Part shown: piece by piece, positions 45,707-64,000 of the stretch
How positions within the stretch are numbered: position 1 is the first letter of the stretch
Layout: each line of letters begins with the position of its first letter
Assembly (NCBI RefSeq): GCF_009914755.1
Contig: NC_060936.1
Strand: one strand, 5' to 3'
DNA from: the human T2T-CHM13v2.0 reference genome, Homo sapiens
DNA: 64,000 bases
Program-made: the position numbers and the translations under genes
The notes under the pieces: model-generated
What the model was told of the DNA's origin: nothing
Databases searched by the model: none
The model's input: the letters and a program-made list of their open reading frames with translations, nothing else

Positions 45707-46274
45707 CTAGGAAGAGAATAATTTCCCTTAGAAATTAAAGGCACAGATCTTTAAATAAAAGCTGATCTCTTTCTCTTCCATCATCTCTCTGAGACTCCTA
45801 CTGTTTGAATGACGGATTTCTAACATTTCATCTCTTTAAATAAATCTGACCTCCCTCCCCTGTTGCCTCTCTGTGATTCCTCGTATTTGAATGTGGGACT
45901 TCTAATTTACATTCCCTGCCCCCTTTTCCTATCTCTCTGGTCTTACTGCTTTACTTTCTAGGACATTTCCTTTAACTTACTTCTAATATTTCTCTTGAAT
46001 TTTTTCTTCTCATACTTTCAATTTTTAAGGTTTTTTTTCTCTAAATGTTCTTTGGCTGCAGCTGTTTTTGTTTCATAGAAGCAATCTTTCCTTTTCTTTT
46101 TCTGAGGATGTTAATGACAATTTTTTGGTGTTTCTATCTCCCTGAGTAATCTTTTATTTTCTTCAAATTGTTTTTCTCTTACTGAGTCATATTGGATCTT
46201 TTCTTCAAATCCCTAGTGATTTTTGACTACTTGCTGTCTTCTTATATTTAAAAGTGAGATGCTACAAAAGCTCA

Positions 46275-46652
<378 letters not shown>

Positions 46653-47102
46653 CTACATGCATCCAACCATGGTCTTCTACTGGGCAGGTTGTCGGCTGGG
46701 CTGAGTAACTGGAACAGACTAGAAGGAAGAAGGTTGGGGATTTAGGAGTTAGTATGGAAGTTCTCACTTAATATTTCTGTTTTCAGTATGCTTCTTCTAC
46801 AGAGCCCTTTTCCTCTAGCTTTCCCAATTCATAGACTCTTTGTTTATTCTCTATAAAGAATAAATCTCAATACTATACGGGGATGGGAGAGAGGAAATTA
46901 CGTGGCCATATAGGGGTAAGGAGATAACTTGGTAGTAAAAATGCCTGTGCCTTTCTAAATCATCTAATGAATAGGCTACTTTAGACTTTCTTTACTGCCC
47001 ACTTCAGATTTCATTCCTTAAGACTACTTTGTAAGTTATTTATCATTTGTTAGCCTTCTGTCTAGAGTTTAAAACTGATTCCTCTTTCCACCTTTTCTCT
47101 GA

Positions 47103-47309
<207 letters not shown>

Positions 47310-47444
47310 TAGCCAGGCTGGTCTTGAACTTCTGACCTCAGGTGATCTGCCAGCCTTGGCCTCTCAGAGTGCTAGGATTACAGGCATGAGCCACTGCACC
47401 TGGCCTGATTTTGTGAGTTTTTTACTTCCTTTTTTCTTTTACAG

Positions 47445-47885
47445 TCTATCTTTATTTCCTAGAGCTGCTGTAACATAGTACCACAAACTAGATGTTTCAA
47501 ACAACAGAAATGTATTGTCTCACTGTTCCAGAGGCTGAAAGGCTGATATTAAAGTGTCAGCAGCGTGAGGTTCTTCTGAGGACTGGGAGGAAGAATCTGT
47601 TCCATGCCTGTCTCCCAGCTTCTGAGATCCTCAGGTGTTCTTTGTGTTGTGGATGACATTCTTCCTGTGTCTTCACATCCTCTTTCCTTTATTCAGGACT
47701 GTTTTTGTGTCCAAATTTCCCCGCTTTGATAAGAACACCAGTCCTATTGTCTATCATCCACTCTAATGACCTAATTTTAATTTAACCATCTGCAAAGACC
47801 TTGTTTCCAAACGAGGACAAATTCACTAATAATGGGAGTTAAAACTTCCACATCTTTTTGGGCGACACAATTCAACCCATCACGC
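47445..47885 (-). mobile_element. MLT1-type MaLR LTR (antisense)
   Basis: gctgctgtaacatagtaccacaaact...acaattcaacccatca, the reverse MLT1 signature. Confidence 0.7.
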
Positions 47886-48822
47886 AGTTGTTTTAGTGCC
47901 ACCTCAGGAGACAGCAAAGCCAAAAATACCTTTTCATTCCACCGTCTCAAATCGGAAGTCTATCCTTTGCTCCTTTGATGATGCTATATTGCATATTTTG
48001 AGTCTTTGTGTCATGAGCTATCCAAAGCCCTGAGGAGATAAAAACAATATACGCTGTTTTTGCATTCTTTCATAAGGTAGTCAGTTAGGGAGGACACAAA
48101 AGGAGACAGAGGAGACACTCAGGAAAACAACATTTTCTGACAAGTAATTGTGTTTACTTGTGAGTAAGTTTACTCACAAGTTGCAGAGATAGCAGTCACA
48201 GCATGTCATACAGGCCACACATCGGAAAGACACCAGGGAGGTCAGGGGAAAGAAGACAGGAGCGAGGGTAAGGTTTAGGTCAAAGCTTTCATTGGGTTGC
48301 CATAGGAAAAACAGGAAAGGGAAGGGTAAACAATTTAGTTTGAAATATTTCTATGGGCTCTAAACCACAAAGGTTGTCCCTGGTTGCCTGGTAACTGGTC
48401 CTCCTATGATTAAGGCATAGAAATGTTGCCCCCTGGAATATACAGGTTGGATATAGGAGGTATGGCTCTAGATTGGTGAGTTTGCATATGAAAGGCAGGT
48501 TCTCAGCTGAGCCCTTGCTATCTCTAAGAACTGGTTAGGTCTGGTAAAGACAGTCTCTCCTCTCCCCAGCCAGAATTTTTTTTTTTTTATGTAAAAACAC
48601 CACAATATACAGAAAATAAGAAAATAAACTATCTCTCACTACTGGAACGGGCTATCTGAAACTAGGGACCTGAATGCCCTTAGAACTCCCCCAAACTCTG
48701 TATATATTTCTATGTCTCTCTATCCCTATCATATAACTTGCCTCTCTGAGTGTTATCTTTATCTCATTTATCTGGTGACTGCTTGAGACCAAAACGATAG
48801 CAGCCCCTGATCTCATATCATC

Positions 48823-49188
48823 CACTGTGGTCTGAACGTGTGTTTCCTCGCCAAATTTGTACACTGAAATCCTAACCCATAAGATGATGTTATTAGGAGG
48901 TGAGGCCTTTGGTAGGTGATTAAGTCATGAGAATGGAACCCTCATAAATGGATTAGTGCCGTTATAAAAGAGGCCTGAGACAGAACCCTCTTTCTTTCCT
49001 TCTGCTGTGTGAGGTTGGAGTGAGAAGGCAGCTGTCTATGAGGAAGCAGGCCCTCACCAGATAGTTAATCAGCTGGCACCTTGATCTCGGACTTCCCAGT
49101 CTCCTGAACTGTGAGAAATGAATCTCTGTTGTTTATAAGCCACCCAGTCTATGGTATTTTGTTATAGCAGCTGGAATGGACTAAGACA
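48823..49188 (+). mobile_element. MLT1A/MST-type MaLR solo LTR
   Basis: Perfect 5-bp TSD tcatc on both sides; ends in ...ggactaagaca. Confidence 0.8.
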
Positions 49189-50309
49189 TCATCTAAACTT
49201 CGTCATCAAAGAAGAAGAGGCTCCTTTCCTTTAGTTCATATGTAAGAAATTCTAAGGAAAAATTCTGATTAATCTTATGGCCAAGGCAATGAGATTTTAT
49301 GATTGGTGAGTTCCACTAGAACCATGCGGTGTCAATGTAAAAAGAGTAGTTACTTCTGAAACCATACATATATCCCCCCCCGCACCCCCCACCCGAAAAA
49401 AAAAAGGACATGTAATGGGCATCATGTTTTTTGTTCGTTTGTTTGTTTGTTTGAGACGTAGTTTTGCTCTTGTTGCCCAAGCTGGAGTTCAATGGCACGA
49501 TCTCGGCTCACTGCAACCTCCACCTCCCAGTTCAAGCAATTATCCTATCTCAGCCTCTCAAGTAACTGGGATTATAGGCGCGAGCCACTACGCCTGGCTA
49601 ACTTTTTGTATTTTTAGTAGAAACAAGGTTTCAGCATATTAGCTATACTGGTCTTGAACTCCTGACCTCAGGTGATCTGCCCACCTCAGCCTCCCAAAGT
49701 GCTGGGATTACAGGTGTGAGCCACCACACCCAGCCAGCATCATCTTATCTAATGAACAATGCATCATTTTCAGTGCTATGGCAAAGATAAGCACACAATA
49801 CTTTGCAAGTGCCTAGAAGGAATACAGAACTCAGGCAAAGGAGATCAAAAGGTTTCCTAGAGAAGATGATGCCTGAACTAAACCCTGAATGTTTTATAGA
49901 AACTAGTCAGAAAAAAAAAGGAAGAAAACGTTTTCACAGGAAGGAGGCTTTGAATATCCAGTGGTCTGAAACAATACCAATATAGGGAAAATAATTTAGT
50001 ATGCCTGAACCATAGAGTACAATGATAGGAAATGGCTATATATGAGCCTCAAGAGAGAAACAACAGCCTGATTGTAAGTACTCTATTTCCGTTGTAAAGA
50101 ATTTGAACTGTCTCCCAAAGATTACAGAGAATGCTGACCACTGAATGATATTAAGAAGAGAAATGACACAATGAAATATAGCTTTATTACATTTAGTCTG
50201 GCATCAGTGAGCTCTCTTTTTCCTAGAAGTGGGAAAGACAAGACTGAACACTATTTACTAATGTGTTTGAGTAATAATGTTTTGTTTGTTTGTTTGTTTG
50301 TTATTTTGA

Positions 50310-50414
<105 letters not shown>

Positions 50415-50524
50415 TGAGTAGCTTGGATTACAGGCATGCACCACCACGCCCAGCTAATTTTGTATTTTTAGTAGAGACGGGGTTTCTCCATGTTGGTCAG
50501 GCTAGTCTCAAACTCCCGACCTCA

Positions 50525-51100
<576 letters not shown>

Positions 51101-51604
51101 GAAGCCAAAATTTTTAAAAAATGAAGATTAAACTAAGGTAGTGGCAGCTGCAATGAAGCAATGTAAGCACACAAATTATTAAGGAGGAAAACCCACTCAT
51201 GTATAGTTCAGGGGCAGGAAATATTTTCCTAGTCTTGGAGTCAGCCAGGCACATCGTGGTGGTATTTGACACTTGATCTGTGGATGGCAGCTTATTTAAA
51301 AATTCAAATTAAGTAATAAAATCCCTTGTTTAAATTCCAAGCTTAGCAAGCAAATTTAGAAAATGGCTGAATAACTAAACCTCTAGCTATTGTATTTGTC
51401 ATTGGAGACCAATGCACTAAAATTCTGGTTTCATCTATCAATTTAAATGTGATAATATAAGAGACCCTGGGCCAGGTGCAGTGGCGCACACCTGGAATCC
51501 CAGCACTTTGGGAGGCCGAGGCAGGCGGATCACCTGAGGTCAGGGGTTCGAGACCAGCCTGACCAACATGGCGAAACCTCGTGTCTACTAAAAATACAAA
51601 ATTA

Positions 51605-51726
<122 letters not shown>

Positions 51727-51779
<53 letters not shown>

Positions 51780-51794
51780 GAGAGAGAGAGAGAG
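51727..51794. repeat. (AC)~25 followed by (AG)n, replacing an Alu tail
   Basis: Read directly. Confidence 0.92.
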
Positions 51795-54539
51795 ACCCTA
51801 AATCGAAGAAATCAGACCTATCTTTATGGTAAATTCCACCTGTTTTCAGATTCAAATGCTTGAGTGGGGGAGAAAAAAAAGTATGTTTGGGGCAATTGAG
51901 AAAATATAAATATAAGCTCTATATTAGATAATGTTGGAAAATATTAGTAGTTTTTAAGGTGTAATAACTATTGTGGTTATGGAGGAACATGTTCTTATTC
52001 TCAGGGGGGATATAATTTGTATATTGGGATGGTGTCATGTTTCTAATTTACTTTTTTTTTTGAGACGGAGTCTCGCTCTGTCACCCAGGCTGGAGTGCAG
52101 TGGCATGACCTCTACTCAATGCAACCTCCGCCTCCCGGGTTCAAGTGATTCTCCTGCCTCAGCCTCCTAAGTAGCTGGGACTATAGGTGCGCGCCACCAC
52201 ACCCGGCTAATTTTTTGTATTTTTAGTAGAGACGGGGTTTCACAGTGTTAGCTAGGATGGTCTCGATCTCTTGACCTCGTGATCCACCCGCCTCAGGCTC
52301 CCAAAATGCTGGGATTACAGGCGTGAGCCACCGCGCCCGTCCTCTAATTTACTTTCAAACGGAAAAAATCTAGGTGAAGGTTATAGTGGTGTTCATCATA
52401 CTATTTGTCAAAATTCTCTACATGTTTGAAAATATTCATAAAAGATTGAAAAAACTTCTAACCCTTGAAATCATTTTAAAAAGTACAAGAAACATCAAAA
52501 ATGTATTTGAGAAAATGTGAGCTTTTTAATGTAGTATTTTGATTTTGGTTAAATAAGACATTTTGAAATGTTTTACTCGATTGTGTTAATTTAAAATTTA
52601 CTTTCATAGGCCGGATTACATCTGTAATCCCAGCACTTTGGGAGGCCGAGGAAGGTGGATCACTTGAGGTCAGGAGTTCGAGACCATCCTGGCCAACATG
52701 GTGAAACCCCGTCTCTACTAAAAATACAAAAATTAGCCGGGAGCGGTGGCAGGCGCCCATAGTCCCAGCTATTCGGGAGGCTGAGGCAGGAGAATCCCTT
52801 GAATCCGGGAGGAGGAGGTTTTAGTCAGCCGAGATTGCGCCCCTACACTCCAGCCTGGCGAAAGAGTGAGATTCTGTCTCAAAAATAAATAAATAAATAA
52901 AAATAAATACAAAACTCACCCACAAAATTAAAGAAACTAAGTTTCATTACTGGCACCAGAAAACGAATCATATAGTCCCACTTCTTCATGTATTTTTCTT
53001 CATGGCATCTTTCAATCTTTATGTATAAAAATTCATGAGGGCAGGGCGCGGTGGCTAGCACCTGTAACCCTAGCACTTTGGGAGGCCGAGACGGGCGAAT
53101 CACCTGAGGTCAGGAGTTCGAGACCAGCCTGGCAGCATGGCAAAACCTCGTCTCTACTAAAAATACAAAAAAATTAGCTGGGCGCGGTGGCGGGCGCCTT
53201 GTAATCCCAGCTACTCAGGAGGACGAGGCCGGAGAAAATTGCTTGAATCCAGGAGGCAGAGGTTGCAGAGAGCCTAGATGGAGCCATTGCACTCCAGCCT
53301 GGGCGACAAGAGAGAAACTCCATATCAAATAAATAAATAAAATAAATAAAATCCATGAGTTATTTTATCACATTATATGTTTATAATTTTAAGTCTTACT
53401 TTCAAATTGAAAACAGTTTAATTTTCAGTCGCTCATGTTAGGTTTTTTTTTTTTTTTTTAGACAGAGTCTAGCTCTGTCGCCCAGGCTGGAATGCAGTGA
53501 CACGATCTTGGCTCACTGCAAGCTCCCGCTACCACGCCCGGCTAATTTTTTTGTATTTTTAGTAGAGGCGGGGTTTCACGTGCTAGCCAGGATGGTCTCG
53601 ATCTCCTGACCTCGTGATCCACCCACCTCCGCCTCCCAAAGTGCTGGGATTACAGTCGTGAGCCACTGCGCCCGGCCTCATTTTAGTTTTGATGCAAATA
53701 TAGTTAAACCCTCCCGGGTTCTCCCTTCCGGGTTCAAGTGATTCTCCTGCCTCAGGCTCTCGAGTAGCTGGGGACTACAGGCGAGCGCCACCAGGCTCAG
53801 CTAATTTTTTCTGTATTATTAGTAGAGACGGGGTTTCACTCGTCTCATGTTGGCCAGGATGGTCTCTATCTCTTGACCTCGTGATCCACCCACCTTGGCC
53901 TCCCAAAGTGCTGGGATTACAAGCATGAGCCAACGCGCCCGGCCTATTTTTATTTATTTATTCTTTTTGAGACAGAGTCTTGCTCTCTCTCCCAGGCTGG
54001 AGTACAGTGGGCGATCTCAGCTCACTGCAGCCACTGCCTCCCGGATTCAAGCGATTCTCCTGCCTTAGCCTCCACAGTAGCTGAGACTGTAGGAGCGCGC
54101 CACCATGCCTTGTTAATTTTTGTTTTTTCTGTAGAGACAGGGTTTTGCCATGTTACCCAGGCTGGTCTTGAACTCCTGAGCTCAAGCGATCCTCGGCCTG
54201 GGCCTCCCAAAGTGCTGGGAGAACAGACGTGAGCCACCGCGCCTGGCCCCCTGTGGGTGTTTTTAAAATTAGAGACACTGAGACCCCGACTGAAGAAGAT
54301 AGGCCACGGGGCTGCTGTTATCTAATATTTATCAGAACTCACCCGACTTGTATGGGCAACGCAGCCCCTTTTCACTGTTCTTTTTCTTTGCAAACTCCAC
54401 AGTCCTCCCTGTCGCTGCCCTACAGTACTGGTTGGAAGGTCTTTCTTCTTTGACTCTAGGTGGGGAAATCCACAACGAGGCTTCGCCTCACCTGCCCCAA
54501 TGCCCAATCTTCTACTAGCATTCCAGGCAGCGCTTTCTA

Positions 54540-54549
54540 GTCACGTGAG
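54540..54549. promoter_or_regulatory. CLEAR-type E-box GTCACGTGAG (candidate TFEB/TFE3/USF site)
   Basis: 9/10 match to GTCACGTGAC, ~1.05 kb upstream of the CRE of an autophagy gene. Confidence 0.55.
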
Positions 54550-55782
54550 GGATACCTAACCACTGGAACTAAATAAGATGTGGGGGAACAACTGAGGTCA
54601 TCACCTAAATTGCTTGATACTCTCTTTTCCAGAAGACGAGCCCCCTTTCTGAGTTTATGGCAGAAAGTGAATCCCTCCCTCCCTCCCTTCCTTTCTTTTT
54701 CTGTAAGACGGTGTTTCGCTCTTGTTGCCCAGGCTGGAGTGCGACGCCGTGATCTCCGCTCGCCGCAACCTCCGCCTCCCGGGTTAGAGCGGTTCTCCTG
54801 CCTCAGCCTCCAGAGTAGCTGGGATTACAGCCATGCGCCACCACGCCCAGCTAATTTTGTATTTTTAGTAGAGACAGGGTTTCTCCATGTTGGTCAGGCT
54901 GGTCTCGAACTCCTGACCTCAGGTGATCCGCCCGCCTCGGCCTCCTGGGATTACAGGCGTGAGCCACCGCGCCCGGCTAGAAAGTGAATCATTTCTATAT
55001 TTGATTGTACGTGAAGCCCTCGGTAGTCCTTACTGACATCATGTCTCCTTTAGACTTTGATTACACTCCGTGTCCTTCATCTGACTCCTCTCTTCAGATT
55101 CCTGAGTCACGCTCTGTTTATGTTGCTGTTCAGGAGCGAACTGCGGCACCGCCCAAACACTGTGACGCCAGCGCGGGAGGAGGGCCGCGGGAGGGGCAGC
55201 GGAACGCGCAGAGGGCACGGTGCAAGCACGGGACAGCTCTGCATTGGCCAAAGGGATCCCAGGAGGCCTGGCCCTCTTTTCTCCTGAGGCTGGATCCCAA
55301 CCAGCAGGAAAAGGCTGGATTTTCGCCTTTTGTATTTGTTTTGGGGCCCAACCAAGAAAAACAGTGGAGGGGGAATAAAACATGTTTAAATCTTTTTTTT
55401 GTCTTAAAACCATCTTTAATTTCACAGTCACAAAATAAAACATAACTCGAATGTTTTGATGTTTGCAGTGACATCGATTGCGAAAAAGGTTAGCCAGAAA
55501 GGAAACGCAGTGAGACAGAGCGCTCGGCCACCCCCTGCCCTGGGCGCCTGGCGCATGGGGGGCGGGGCGGGGCTCGCGGGGTGACGTCACAGCCCGACGC
55601 GCCACCCAGCTGTTTTTGTGCTCCCAGCTCTAGCGAAAAGCCGCCGGTATTTCTCCATCTGGCTCTCCTCTACCTCCAGGCAGGCTCACCCGAGATCCCC
55701 GCCCCGAACCCCCCTGCACACTCGGCCCAGCGCTGTTGCCCCCGGAGCGGACGTTTCTGCAGCTATTCTGAGCACACCTTGA

Positions 55783-63442
<7,660 letters not shown>

Positions 63443-64000
63443 TGAGAGATTAGATACCACTTGTTTTTTAGGGATTAGCCACTCTACTAGATTTAATCCT
63501 TCTGAAATCTTGTCTGACTATAGTCTTGTCTGACTATAGTGTTTTAATGCTGGACTGTTTATTGAAACAGCAGGAAGTGATTCCTGATAGCAAAAGTTCC
63601 AAAGCGTCAGCCCATCGCAGTTCCTGCTATTCTGGTTGGTAGCATGTAATTTGTAATGCATTCAGAATCCAGTTCATTATTTTACTCCCATTTAGCAACA
63701 GATTGAGAAAGCACGTAATAGTAAAGCCAGCTCCTTCTAACTCTGAGGCCAGCCTCTGCCAACTGAAGGATTCTCCCCACAGTCAGCTTCTTCTATGAAC
63801 TCTGAAGTTTTGGCTTAAGACAACCACATTGATACTAAACAAGGGGAAACTTTTCTTAGAACAAAACTAAAACTGTGAAACAGATTCCACATTATCTGGG
63901 CACAATGAATCAGATAAAATGAAATATAAAATTAAGGCAAAGTCTGTAAATGGATTCATGTCTTAACAGATAAACTCAGGAGGAATAATTTTTATGTGAT

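Noticed and set aside
55039-55605. 188-aa antisense ORF and other overlapping ORFs in the GABARAPL1 promoter
   Set aside because: Long open frames are expected in GC-rich sequence. The start is non-ATG and there is no recognisable homology. Antisense transcription is possible but cannot be supported from sequence alone.

Overview
This is primate genomic DNA, almost certainly human, from the OLR1-TMEM52B-GABARAPL1 locus (recalled as 12p13.2). It is very Alu-dense (~65 Alu copies or fragments, counted by eye). Exon structures were rebuilt from GT-AG boundaries. OLR1/LOX-1 is complete on the - strand (6 coding exons, 822 nt, 273 aa). TMEM52B is complete on the + strand, head-to-head with OLR1 (5 coding exons, 552 nt, 183 aa). 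GABARAPL1 (+) is represented by its CpG-island promoter and exons 1-3; exon 4 lies beyond the window. Nearly all other ORFs in the track are Alu-derived artefacts. I found no wholly new gene system. The most notable signals are: (1) a perfect 45-bp palindrome fused to a consensus ARE in GABARAPL1 intron 1; (2) a uORF plus two-frame start-codon switch in TMEM52B coupled to skipping of its 44-nt exon 2; (3) the OLR1 K167N (c.501C) allele; (4) dual-frame OLR1 exon 5, where two skip isoforms share one stop codon; (5) an OLR1 polyA signal supplied by an antisense L1; (6) several template-switch-like inverted or tandem duplications. Repeat subfamily names are recognised from memory, and repeat boundaries are approximate.
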